64,000 nt of DNA from Mobula hypostoma (taxonomy: Eukaryota): assembly GCF_963921235.1 (NCBI RefSeq), contig NC_086104.1, forward strand, positions 35,774,001 to 35,838,000, given 5' to 3'. Position 1 is the stretch's first letter, and each line of letters begins with the position of its first letter. Positions 13,960 through 26,288 of this stretch are shown piece by piece. The notes under the pieces were generated by a model, which was not told the origin of the DNA, ran no database searches, and saw only the letters and a list, made by a program, of their open reading frames with translations. A program made the position numbers and the translations under genes.

Positions 13960-14078
13960 AGGCAACATACACAAAGTGCTGGAGAAACTCAAGAGACCAG
14001 GCAGCACCTTTGGAAAGGGATACACAGTTGGCGGTTCGGGGTGGACCCTTCATCAGCATCTGCAGAATTTCTCGTGTT
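13960..14078. mobile_element. Inverted Penelope pLTR fragments
   Basis: Minus-strand pLTR with decayed CTGATGA..GAAC motif, joined to + strand tail cagcatctgcagaatttctcgtgtt. Confidence 0.6.
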
Positions 14079-14794
14079 AATAACTTAACGAGCCTGTTAC
14101 ACAGTCCCAGAGATGTCTGATAAAACATGCATTTAATCCATGCCAAACAATAGTGCAAATCCCATGAAGATACCATAAAATCAAGAATCTATTAAATCTA
14201 AGCGGAACAGCTATGTTCCTTTGACTTTATTTTTTAATTAGTAATTTGGTAATTTTTTATAATTGTCATATGTATTGAGGTACATACACAGAAAAGGACC
14301 CTTTGCCCCATCTTGACTATGCCAAACTATTAATCTGCCTTGTCCCATGGACCTGCACCTGGATCATAGTCATCCATACCCCGCACATCCATGTACCTAT
14401 CCAAACTTCTCTTAAATGTTGAAATCAAACTTGCATACACCACTTCCATTAGCAGCTCATTCTATACTTCTACCATCCTCTGAGAGCAGAAGTTTCCCCC
14501 ATGTTTCCATTAAACATTTCACCTTTCACCCTTAATCTATGACCTCTACTTGTAGTCCCACCCAACCTCATTGGAAAAGGCCTGGTTACCTTTACCCTAT
14601 CTATACCCCTCATAATTTTTTATACATCTACCAAATCTCCCCTCATTTTCCTACACACCAAGGAATAAAGTCCTAACCTATTCAACCTTTTCCTATAACT
14701 CATCTCCTCAAGTCCTGGCAAAATCCTTTTAAATTTTCTCTGTACTCCTTCAATTTTGTTGCTATCTTTCCTGTAGGTAACCAGAATTACATAC

Positions 14795-15131
14795 TCACAA
14801 CACGCTGGAGGAACTCAGCAGGTCGGGCTGCATCCGTGGAAAAGATCGGTCGACGTTTTGGGCCGGAACCCTTCGTCAGGACTGTAGGGGGAAGGGGCAG
14901 AGGCTCTATAAAGAAGGTGGGGGGAGGTTGGGAAGGAGAAGGCTGGTAGGTTCCAGGTGAAAAACCAGTAAGGGGAAAGATAAAGGAGTGGGGGAGGGTA
15001 AGCAAGGAGGTGATAGGCAGGAAAGGTGAAGAAAGAATAGGGGAAAACACAATGGGTAGTAGAAGGAGGCGGAACCATGAGGGAGGTGATAGGCAGCTGG
15101 GGGAGGGGGAAGAGTGACATAGGGATAGGAG
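14795..15131 (-). mobile_element. Penelope 3' end (pLTR) insertion
   Basis: pLTR with hammerhead motif; 8-bp TSD ttacatac at 14787-14794 and 15132-15139. Confidence 0.8.
14848..14884 (-). ncRNA. Minimal type-I hammerhead ribozyme motif (G12>A decayed)
   Basis: - strand: agtc CTGACGA A GGG ttccgg CCC AAAA CGTC gacc. Confidence 0.65.
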
Positions 15132-15242
15132 TTACATACAGTACTCCAAATTAGGCCTCACAAACATCTTAAACAATATCAACATAACATCCCTACACGA
15201 GTACTCAAGACTTTGATTTATGAAGGCCAATATGCCAAAAGC

Positions 15243-15960
15243 AACAGTGAAAAACTTGCATACCATTCATACAGATCAATTCATTACAACAGTGCATGGA
15301 GGTAGTACAAGGTTAAACAATAACAGAATGCAGAATAAAGTGTTACAGTTACAGAGAAAGTGCAGTGCAGGTGGACAATAAGGCATAGGATTATAGACGT
15401 AAACTGTGGGGTCAAGAAACCACCTTATCTTACTAGGAGCCATCCAACGGTTTTATAACAACAGAATAGAAGCTGTCCTTGAATCTGGAGGCACGTGCTT
15501 TCAGGATTTTCTATCTTCTGCAGATGGGAAGGGGGTAAAAGAGAGAATGTCTGTGGTTGGGGGGAGCTTTGATTATGTTAGCTGCTTTTTCAAGGCAGCA
15601 TGATATGTATGGAGAGTCTATGGGGTGTATGGAGGCGAGTGATGAGCTGTATCCATCACTCTCTGCAGATTCTTGTAGTCATGGATGAGCAATTTCAATT
15701 GGTAAGGGTCAAGCTTCCTTTAACTCTAGAGGAATTAGAGGCACTCGTGAGCTTTCTTGGCAATGGCATCAACATGATTAGCCCTAAACACAATTATGTG
15801 CATGATCCCTTCCTGAAGTGACCAGTTGTTTTATTTTGCTGACATGGATGGAAAGGTTGTTGTTACTAGGCTCCCTATCTTCCTCCTGCACTCCAATTTA
15901 TCATTATTTGAGATATGGCCCATTACGGTGCTATTATCAGCAAACATGTATGTGGAGTTC
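15243..15960 (-). mobile_element. Old Rex1/Babar-type LINE remnant, continuing at ~16441-16580
   Basis: Degenerate similarity to the 46669-47350 element. Confidence 0.45.
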
Positions 15961-15974
15961 TCCCTTTCTCTCTG

Positions 15975-16441
15975 GGGCTTTATAAGACACTGCTAAGGCC
16001 TCACTTAGAGTATTGTGAGCAGTTTTGGGACCCTTATTTAAGAAAGGATGTGATGACATTGGAGAAGGTTCAGAGGAGGTTCATGACAAGGATTCTGGGA
16101 ATGAAAGGCTTATGGTCTGAGGAGTGATTGATGGTTTGGGCCTTTACTCGCTGGAACTGAGAAGAATGAGGGGGGATCTCATTGAAACCTGTCGAATTTT
16201 GATAGGCCTGGATAGAGTGGGTATGGAATGGATGTTTCCTGTAGTGGGGAGAGTCTAGGATCAGAGGGCACAGCCTCTGAATAGAGGAACATCCATTTAG
16301 AACAGAGGTGAAGAGAAATTTCTTTAGCCAGAGGGTGGTGAAATATTTTGGGGAGAGGGCAGGGGAACGGGGTTGAGAGGGAAGTGGAGACTCAGTGGGT
16401 TGGATGGCCTAATTATGGTCCTGTGTCTTTTGGCTTTATGG
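15975..16441 (+). mobile_element. CR1 3' end
   Basis: LYKTLLRPHLEYCEQFWDPYLRKDV..LEKVQRRF. Confidence 0.85.
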
Positions 16442-17929
16442 AGCTAGAGATGAAACTGGCTGCACAGTCACAAGGGAGCAGATTAGCAAGCTGAGAGTCC
16501 AGGCCCTGTGAGGTACCTGTGTTGAGAATAATTGTGCTGGAGCTGTTGCTGCCTTTCTCTACTGATTGACATCTGTTGGTAACATTTAAAACTGATTTTT
16601 TTTTGAAACACTAATTAGATTCAATGTGACTCAAATTCTTTGAGTGTTACAGGTGCCAGTTTAATTCTAATATGTCAGGACAATGTACCAGTTGGAAGTA
16701 AGATTTGGAATACTGATTCAACATCATTTTTGAGATCAGCATTCCAACGGATGCCTCTCACACAGCAGAATATGTTCAGCCACTGGAAATAACATTGCAT
16801 TGAAACTGTTCTGTGCCTGGCCAAGGAGAACCCCTAAATTATTTGGTATCCATCTCGTAAGTTTGGTGATGGTCTTCTGCATGCTACCTGACCACCATGA
16901 GGGCATGTTCTTTGCCACTGGGGCACAGGGACATGAGGAAGAGAACTAGGAGGAAAGGAGGCAGCCTTTGCGGCTCTTTCTGCCTGGGTACCTGTCTACC
17001 AATAAATACAACCTCAATTTCTCTGTTTGTTAGCACTTAACCCCACCCATTCTTTGCTACTAGGCATCAATATGTTGAGTTGGTAACAATGCAAAAAACA
17101 CGAAAGAAATCCATGAAATAAAATCTATAAACGAAACTTCCTCACGTTACAATGAAACATGACTTGCATTTTCTGGACGCATGACACTTGCAGGCCTTTC
17201 CTTGACTGGTGCTCTTGTGGAGTGCAGCTCCAGTGAACACACCATTGCTACTGAAACGCGATTGACTTCCAGCAGAGAAGGCTTTACTGGTCTTTGAGGA
17301 TGACTACAAGCAGCCTTGTCTGCTGACAGCATCTCAGCATTATCAACAATAGTCTGTCTGCTTGAGAACCTAGATGGACTGTTGTCCTTCTGAATGCAAG
17401 ATTGTGTTCCTTGGTGCCACTGCTACGTTCCACAGAACTCCCTCCGCGTTCATAATGACATGGGAGTATTAGGAACACTGTACTGTGGCCTTGCTAGAGA
17501 TACTTCATCAGAGGAGAGATGATCTCTGTCCCTCATTATGTCATAATCAAACACTGTTTCCGATCAAGGTTCTGAATTGGAAAATCAATCTCAGGGTAGT
17601 ATATGGAGACATATATGTACTTTAATTCCACCACTCTCTGTAGCCACAATACTCCTCCCATGTAAGAAGGTCAAGTTGGTGGAAAGAAGTGCAGGCTAGC
17701 TCTAAACATGCAAGGCACTCACAATATGACCTCTGCAGCAATAGCAGGCAATGGTACACCGTCTGCTTTCAGAAGCAACAAGCAGGGGTTAATCATGTTT
17801 TGCAATCATTGTTCTTTATTCAGCAGTTTTAAATTTAGCCTCTTAACAAGATGAATCAACACAGTGTTTCTGTACAGCAGAACAACTGTGAATGAAATCC
17901 CAGCCAAGAACCAGAGGTTATGGAATGAC

Positions 17930-18530
17930 GGAATTATAGAATTCGTTAGCACAGGAATGAACCCTTTCGGCTCAGCACGTCTGTACTGACTTTGATGCCT
18001 GTCCACACTAATCATAATTTGCCTGCATTAGGCCATTATCCCACTACTCATTTCATATCTAAGTACCTATTCAAATGTTCTTTAAATGTTGTAATTGTAC
18101 CCACCTATACCGCCTCCTCTGGCCGTTTGTTCTAGATAACCGCCACCTTCTGTTTGAAAAACTTACCCCTCTGATCATCTCATTTTAAATTCTGCCATCC
18201 AGTTCCAGATGACCCTGTCCTGGGAAAAGACTCTCCATATCTATCTTTCCTATACCACTCATAATGTTGTAATTTTCTATGACATCACTCCCCAATCTCC
18301 TATGTTTCAGTGGGAGTAAACCCAGCCTATCCAATCCCTCCTTATATAGAGCCCTGCACTCCAGGCAACATTCTAACAAATCTCTTGCACCCTCTCTCTA
18401 TTGTCACCATATCCTTCTGCAATGGGGTGAACAGAGCTGTACACAACATTGCAAGTGTGGTCTAACTCATGTTTTGTATAAGTCCTAACTCATATGTTCA
18501 ACATCCTGTCCATGAAGGCAAGCATTCTAT
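17930..18530 (-). mobile_element. Old CR1 3' end
   Basis: YKEGLDRLGLLPLKHRRL..D.IE.Y.IM.G. Confidence 0.75.
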
Positions 18531-18679
18531 ATAAAATGTCAACTTTGCTGCTCGATCAGCCTGCGTCATCACTCTGAGGAGGCTCTGACTGTGGGTATGA
18601 GTCAGTTCCTCAGGACAGCATCACCAGCTAAGTTTAGTCATCACTGATCTGTTAGTCCTGCAGCTCGTCATGTCTGCCA

Positions 18680-19310
18680 ACTGCCTGCACATGGTCCATA
18701 TTCCTCCCTCCCCTGCCTGTTTGTAAACCAATCTAAATGGCTCTTAAACATTGTTATATCTGCCTCTATCAGCCCTGCACAGCCCCCTCCGGGTACCTAG
18801 TACCCATTGTGTAAAGAGCTTGCCTCACACATCACCTTAAAACTCGTCTCCCTCACCTTCAGCACATGCCCTCTAGTAATTGACATTTCATCCCGGGAAA
18901 AAGACTCTGATTATCTACGTTATCTATGCTTCTCAAAACTTTATATTCTTTTATCAGGTCACTCCCTCAGCCTTCAGAGAAAACTATCCAACTTTGTCTA
19001 AAGTCTCCTTATTTTAACACACTCCAATCCAATTGACATTCTATTGAACCTTTTCTGTGCCGTCCCATCTTTCCTGCCTAGAACTGTACACAATACTTCA
19101 AATGTAGTCTTACCTACTGTACAGTTACAAAATGACTCCCTGAATTCTATAGTCAAGTCCCAACCTTCATGCCATATACCTTCATCAACTCTCCCCACCA
19201 CAATCCACTTGTTTCCACCACAAACTTGCATGCCAAGATCTCTCCGTACATCAATACTCTGAAGCATCCTGCCATTTGCTGTATACTTGACATTTCAAAG
19301 TGTAACAACT
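18680..19310 (-). mobile_element. Old CR1 3' end
   Basis: RRDLGMQV...QKRFNRM..GLE. Confidence 0.7.
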
Positions 19311-19312
19311 GA

Positions 19313-21575
19313 TTAGACCATAGACCATAAGACCATAAGGGATTGGAGCAGAATTAGGCCATTTGGTCCATTAAGTCTACTCCTCTATTTTATCACCACT
19401 GATCCAATATTCCTGTCAGCCCCAGTCTCCTGCCTTCTCCCCGCGTCACTTCATGCCTTGACCAATCAAAAATCTGTCAACCTCTGCCTTAAATATACAC
19501 AAACCCTTGGCCTCCACAGCTGTTTGTGGCGAAGAATTCCACAGATTCACCACTCTCTGGCTAAAGAAAATCCTCCTCATCTCTATCTAAAACGATTACC
19601 CTCCACATCCACTCTACCTAGGCCTTTCATCATTCGATAGGTTTCAATGAGGTTATCCCTCATTCTTCTGAGTTCTAGTGAATAAAGGCCCAGAGCCATC
19701 AAACGCTCTTCATGTGACAAGCCATTCAATCCTGGAATCATTTCCGTGAACCTCCTTTGAACCTTCTCCAGTTTTGGTATATCCTTTCTGAGATAAGGGG
19801 CCCAAACTTGCTCACAGTACTCCAAGTGAGGCCTCACCAGTGCTTTATAAAGTCTCAACATTACATCCCTGCTTTTATATTCTAATCCTCTTGAAATGAA
19901 TGCTAACATCACTTTTACCATTCTCATCACAGATTCAATCTGCAAATTAACCTTTATGGAAACATGCACAAGGACTCCCTTTGCACCTCAGTTTTTTTTG
20001 TATTTTCTCTCTATTTAGAAAATAGTCAACACTTTTATTTCTTCAGCCAAAGTGCATGACCATACATTTCCTTGATACTGTCTTCCATCCGCCATTTCCC
20101 TTCAAGTGAATGCAAACATTACATTTGCCTTCCTCATCACAGACTCATTCTCCTAATCTGTCTAAGTCCTTCTGCAGCCCCTCTACTTCTTCAAAACTAC
20201 CTGCCTCACGACCTATCTTCATATTGTCTGCAGACTTTGCAACAAAGCCATCAACTCTATTATCCAAATCATTGACATGTAATGTAAAAAGAATCAGTCT
20301 CAACACAGGCCCCAGTGGAACACCATTAGTCACGGGCAGCCAACCAGAAAAGGCTCCCTTTATTCCCACTCTTTGCCTCCTGCCAATCAGCCACTGCTGT
20401 ATCCATGCTAGAATCTTTCCTGTAATACCATGGGTTCGTAGCTTGTTGAGCAACCTCGTGTGTGGCACTTGTCAAAGGCCTTCTGAAAATCCTGTACACA
20501 ACATCAAGTGATTCTCCTTTGTCTACCTTGCTTGTTATTTCTTCAAAGAATTCCAACAGACTTGTCCCTTGAGGAAACCATGTTGACTATGGTCTATTTT
20601 ATCATGTGGCTCCAAGTTCCCTGATCTCAGTAATCAATTCCAACATCTTCCCAACCATTGAGATCAGACTAACTGGCCTATAGATTCCTTTCTTCTGCCT
20701 CTCTCCCTTCTTGAAGAGTGGAATGACATTTGCAGTTTTCCAGTCTTCTGGAGCCATTCCAGAATCTAGTGATTCTTGAAAGATCATTACCAATGCCTCT
20801 ACAATCTCTTCATCACCTCTTTCAGAACCCAGGGGTGTAGTCCATCTGATCCAGGTAACTTATCTATCTTCAGACCTTTCAGTTTCCCAAGAATCTTCTC
20901 TCTAGTAATGGTAACTTCACAAAATTCATAATCCTTGATAGCTGGAATTTCCAGCATACTGCTAGTGTCTTCCATAGTGAAAACTGATGCAAAATACTTA
21001 TTCAGTTCATCTGCCATTTCCTTGTCCCCCATTACTACCTCTCCAGCATCATTTTTCAATATCCAAAACCCATTCTCACTCCTCTTTTACACATTATGTA
21101 TCTGAAGAAACTTTGGTACCCTCTTTAATATTATTGGCTAGCTTATTTTTATATTCCATCGTTAACTTCTTAATAACTTTTTTAGTTTCCTTCTGTTGGT
21201 TTTTAAAAGCTTCCTAATCCTCTAACTTTATTATATGCCATATCTTTGGTTTTTATGTTGGTGTTGACTTCTCTTGTTAGCTACGGTTGTGTCATCTTGC
21301 CTTTAGAATACTTCTTCCTCTTTGGGATGTATATATCCTATGTCTTCCGAATTGCTTCTAGAAATTCCAGACTTTGCTGTTGTGCCATCATCCCTTCTTG
21401 TCAATTCTTGTCAACTCCTCTCTCATGCCTCTGTAATTCCCTTTACTCCACTGTAGTATTGATACATCTGATTTTAGCATCTCCTTCTCAAATTTCATGG
21501 TGAATTCGATCATATTATGATTGCTTTCCCCAAAGGGTTCTTTTACCTTGAGCTCTCTAATCAATTCTGGTTGAA
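19313..21575 (-). mobile_element. CR1 LINE, 5'-truncated, rearranged and frameshifted
   Basis: (tatggtct)n tail; ORF pieces LYKALVRPHLEYC, SADNMKIG, PEDWKTANVIPLFKKG, ELNKYFASVFT, PFGESNHNMIEF. Confidence 0.9.
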
Positions 21576-22490
21576 CTCCATCTGCCAATATTCTCTCCAT
21601 ATTTCTGATTAATCTATATCCTGCTGTGTCTTTTGACAGCCTCCCTCACTGTCCACAACTCCAACACTTTATGTGTTGTCTGCAAACGTACTGGTAAGAC
21701 CACCTATATTTTCATATAAATCATTTTTATTAAATGAAACACCATTGATCACAGACATCTAATCAGAAAATCCTCCCTTCACCATTCTATGAGCAAGCCA
21801 ATTTTGTATCCATCTTATCCATTCATCGTGGATCACATGGGATTTAATTTTCTAATCAGCCTACTTGAGGGACCTTGGTACCTTGGTAAATGCTTTACTA
21901 AAGTCCACGTGGACAACATCCCACTACCTTACTTTTAGCAATTATCTTCATCAACTCTTCAAAAAACTCAAATTAAATTAATGAGGCAGAATCTCCCTAC
22001 AGAAAACCATGCTCACTATCCCTAATGTCCACACTTTTCCAAATCAAGTAACTCTTATTATAAAACAACTTTTCCACATATTTCCCTGAGGTAAGACTCA
22101 CCTGATGTAAACCTATAAACCTCTGGATCATCCCTGTTACTCCTTCTGAACAAAGGAATGAAAAATAGCTATTTTCCAAGCTTCTGGGATCTCACTCTAG
22201 CTAAAGAGTGTCCAGGTGGTCAAGTAATCTCCTTCCTTTTTACCTCAGTATCATCTAGTAGATTCCGTCAGGCTCCAGATTTACTCATCTTAATGTTTTT
22301 CAACATACAACACCTCCACCTTATTAATATTGAATAAGAAGGTGTTGGGTTAACTCAAGATAATTGTCTTAGAATATTAGTATACTCCTCCCTGATCTCT
22401 GCATCATCCATGTCCTTTTCCTTTGTGGATACCGACGCAAAGTACTTATTTAGACCCACGTCCTCTGGCTCCATGCATAAAATCCTTGCT
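21576..22490 (-). mobile_element. Older CR1 RT fragment
   Basis: Degenerate FADNT, DVVHVDFSKAF, IRDSEHGFL motifs. Confidence 0.7.
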
Positions 22491-22870
22491 TTGCCTTTGG
22501 CCTTCGATCCAGAAATCTTTAACATCTTTGCTTAATAAAATCCTAACGATTTTAGTATTTAGATTTACAATTAATCAACCTTCCACTTCTTTTTGGAGAG
22601 AGGACTCCATTTTTCTGCACATCGTAGAAGTGCTTTCTGACATCACCTCTGACAACCTGATTCTCATTTTAACATTATGCCCCACTGATCTAATACCTGC
22701 CCAATCAAACATGCCAATCTATTTAAACAGCTCAATTACATCATCTCTTTTTTCTATATTCTGGGAAATCATCCAGACCATGCAAAGTTCTTGCCGTTAT
22801 TTGCTCACAAATTGCCATATAGTCATTCCAAATTTGCCTCCATAGTAACTTACATTTATCAGGTGTTCCT

Positions 22871-23072
22871 AAACACAAAATACTCTGCAGATGCTGGGGT
22901 CAAAGCAACACTCACAATGCGCTGGAGGAACTCAGCAGGTCGGGCAGCATCTGTGGAAAAGAACAGTCAATGTTTCAGGCTGGAACCCTTCTAAGGGTTC
23001 CAGCCCAAAATGTTGACTGTTCTTTTCCACGGATGCTGCCCGACCTGCTGAGTTCCTCCAGCATGTTGTGAC
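22871..23072. mobile_element. Penelope-derived fold-back (inverted pLTR) mini-element
   Basis: ~85-bp inverted arms centred at 22991-22992; 14-bp TSD tatcaggtgttcct at 22857-22870 and 23073-23086. Confidence 0.85.
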
Positions 23073-23727
23073 TATCAGGTGTTCCTGCAGTGCAAAATAC
23101 TGCAAGTGGAACAGCGGAACCGTATCATGGAGCAGTAACAGGAGGGACTTAGAGAGGAGATGGAGATGGAGCCTAGTAGAAGGTTTTAGAGATGTAACAA
23201 TCTTGAATTATGACTAGAAGTCAGTTTTATTTTCTTGTATGATAGCAACTTTTACCCAACATGTCAAAGTCAAGAGATAATGACAACAGACCATTATTTT
23301 CCAACGTTTCAGATTGTTGCTCACATTTACTCATTCCATGAGTAAATCTAAAATGATAAAATTGCACAGGAAGAAAGCACAAAAATAGGATCACAATCAC
23401 TGGTAATTTTTTTTCATTCAATTCGTCATCCGCAAACCCTGGCAACTGATTCTATTTCTTGTACTGCAGCACCCCCGTCTGGATTGCTCTTGGAATCTGC
23501 AGAGTGTGACAAACAGGCTCATTGCTTGTTTGCATCCAGTCCATCTTCAAATCATTTTGACTACTAATAATTCCAGGAAATTGGTTATATCATTTGGCAA
23601 GAATTGTATTAGAATGAAAGTATGGAAAAAGTTAAGAGCAGATTAAGCTGGGAGGGTGATGCAATGGATATATGATTATTAAAACTATGGCTCAGTCCCA
23701 TTTAAACTGGGATATCAAAGGTCATCA

Positions 23728-24278
23728 CACTCAGTGGCCACTTTATTAGGTACGCCTGCACACCTGCTCTTTAATTCAAATATCTAATCGGCCAATCATA
23801 TGACAGCAACTCAATGCATAAAAGCATGCAGACATGGTCAAGAGATCCAATTGCTATTCAGACTAAATATCAGAATGGGGAAGAAATGTGACCGAAGTGA
23901 TTTTGACCATGGAATGATTGTTGGTGCCAGACGGGGTGACTTGAACGTCTCAGAAATTGCTGATCTCCTGGGATTTTCATGCACAGCAGTCTCTAGAGTT
24001 TACAGAAAATGATGTGAAAGACAAATAAAAACATCTAGTGAGCAGCAGTTCTTTGGGTGACAATGCTTTGTTAATGAGAGAGGTCAGAGGAGAATGGCCT
24101 GATTACTTCAAGTTGACAGGAAGGCGACTATAACTTAAATAACCACAGGTTACGATGGTGTGCAGAAGAGCATCTCTGAACATACAACATATTGACCTTT
24201 GAATCGGATGGGCTGCAGCAGCAGAAAAATATCAACTTTATTGGTCAACTTTGTTAAGTACAAGTATACCTAATAGCC
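23728..24278 (+). mobile_element. Tc1-like DNA transposon, internally deleted
   Basis: Terminal cactcagtggccactttattaggtac; N-terminal HTH MGKKCDRSDFDHGMIVGARRGDLNVSEIADLLGFS. Confidence 0.8.
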
Positions 24279-24563
24279 ATATCATGAAACCATATATTTC
24301 ACTTCTTTTATGTCTTTTATATTTGTTTTTCATCTTGAATGTGATTCTGGAACTGTTGGAGCCTGTGATTTGGATTTTGGAGATCGTCTGGGCGTTTCCG
24401 TGCTCTACAGTCTCTGGGAGGCAGAGGCAGTGTACTGTAACCTCATGGCAGGCACCAGCCAATGTTTGAATATATTTTGCCGATTAAACCTTCCATTGTT
24501 CACCAATTAAAGCGATGAGGGAGATTGAAACATTGAAATGAATGCGGAAAGTGAGCACTAGTT

Positions 24564-24750
24564 GCCTACCTTTTTATCCAAGGCGAGATCGCTCTGCTAC
24601 AGAGAGGGGAGACTGCCTTTTTATCGCTGGTGAGATCACTCTGTTATGAAGAGGGAAGACTGCCTTTTTATCGCTGGTGAGATTGTTCTGCTACGGCGAG
24701 GGGAGACTGCCTTTTTATCGCTGGTGAGATCACTCAGCTCCAGAGAGAGA
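24564..24750 (+). repeat. ~47-bp minisatellite, 4 imperfect copies, inside an interspersed repeat
   Basis: gactgcctttttatcgctggtgagat... at 24611, 24658 and 24705; degenerate copy at ~24564. Confidence 0.8.
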
Positions 24751-24869
24751 AAGGCCTACTGCTTTGCCTGGAGAATGGTATTCAGGTTTTCTGTATTTTG
24801 GATTTGGGCTATAGACTTTTTTTCAGTCTTATAAAATCACAAGGGTCACAGAAAGGGTGAACCAACACA

Positions 24870-25145
24870 GCCTTTTTCCTAAGGAAAGGGAATTAAGAGC
24901 AGGGTTCGAAGATGAGAGGTGAAAGGTTTGAGGGATCTGAAGGGCAACTTCTCCGTACTGAGGCTGGTGTGTAAATGGAGTGAGCTGCCAGACAAAGTGG
25001 TTGAGGCAGGTGCAATAACAACATTTGAAGGAAATTTCGATAAGTGCATGGATATGAGAGGTTTAGAGAGATGTGGGCCATTTGCAGGCAAATGAGACGG
25101 AACTTGTTGGCACCATGTTTCCATGCCGTATGACTCTGACTCTAA
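24870..25145 (+). mobile_element. CR1 3' end
   Basis: F..DLKGNF....V..NELPDKVVEAG; atgactctgactcta tail. Confidence 0.75.
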
Positions 25146-25929
25146 GTGAAAGGTTTTCAGTGCATCCCAATGCATGTGGCAATAATAACCCAATAACCTG
25201 CAGGTTCTGTAGAGCTGATAGTCCGGGCCTGGACCACACATCAGTACTTCACCAATAACACAAAGGCAGCCAAAAGATTGATCTGAAAAATATGTAATGT
25301 TTGTTTACAGAGTTAATCATAATTTTGCAGATAGAATTGCCATTGTACAAGGGTCTAGCCTAGCGAGAAGTTCTTTGAATTTTGATGATGCTAAAATTTG
25401 TTAGTAAGCCACTACATGAAAGGAATCATTTTCATGGTGTCAAGAAGGTCCTAAAATATATCTTCAGCTACATGCAGGTGCTGAAGGGGAAGAAGGGAGT
25501 GTAAGTGCAGGCAAGCATGAAACATAATCCAATGTGGGAACAGGATTATTGAGTAAACAGCTAAGTGAGAAATCAGCAGGTACGATCCACTCAACTATCA
25601 ATGATCCCAATTAGGAGAAGCAATACTCGAAGTACATGTCTGATTTGTTTGTAAAGCTCATCCTGTGATTTGTCTAGGCAGATATAGCTCATCATCTTTG
25701 AAATGCCTTCTGCTAATAGAAAAGAAACATAAAAATGAAACAGGAACACGGGATTTATTACTCATCTGCTCAGCTCAGCCATACATAATGCTGGCATTTT
25801 CAAGTTTTCCAGCAATTAAAAATGTTGCCCTGTCACAAATGGCTTTGGCACTAAAAATGGAGGACAAGGATCCCCCACTGATTTTATCTTGGAAAGTTTT
25901 TGAACTCTCTGTGAAATTTGACTTGTAAT

Positions 25930-26288
25930 AAGGCATCCATATCACCAACAACCTCACCTGGTCACTCCAAACTGATGCAGTGAACAAGAAAGCTCACCAA
26001 TACATTTTTTTTCTTAGGTGGCTGAGAAGATTTGCATGCCCATGAAGGTTCCCTTGAACTTCTACAGATCCACTATAGGAAGTATCCTGATGGGTAGCAT
26101 CTCAACCAGGTATGGCAACTGCTCTGCTCTGGACTGATGGACTCTGCAGAGTGTGGTGAACATAATTAAATCCATCACAGGCTCGTCACTTCCTTCCATC
26201 CAGTCCATCTTCACAGTGATATGCTTCAAAATACAGGAGCTTGTAAATCTGGATGTCTAGACTTAATAACGGCTTTTTCTCCACTGCT
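25930..26288 (+). mobile_element. Old Rex1/Babar-type LINE; host of the L1 insertion, resumes at 29387
   Basis: HITNNLTWS...FLRWLRRF...FYRSTIGSIL; FFSTAIRLLN is split by the L1. Confidence 0.7.

Larger units (their letters stand above)
14285..15242 (-). mobile_element. CR1 3' end, interrupted by a Penelope fragment at 14795-15131
   Basis: CR1 C-terminal sequence continues across the insertion (ccagaattacata|cagtactccaaattaggcct). Confidence 0.75.

Noticed and set aside
16700-17540. Possible exons of a neighbouring gene on the - strand
   Set aside because: Stops interrupt the frames, there is no recognisable homology or convincing splice pair; left unexplained, possibly an old TE
22307-22348. 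Imperfect hairpin caacacct..ttatt/aataag..aggtgttg
   Set aside because: Small templated inversion inside an old CR1; no evidence of function
24564-24750. CRISPR-like repeat-spacer appearance
   Set aside because: The spacers are homologous to each other, the context is vertebrate, and there are no cas genes; it is a minisatellite
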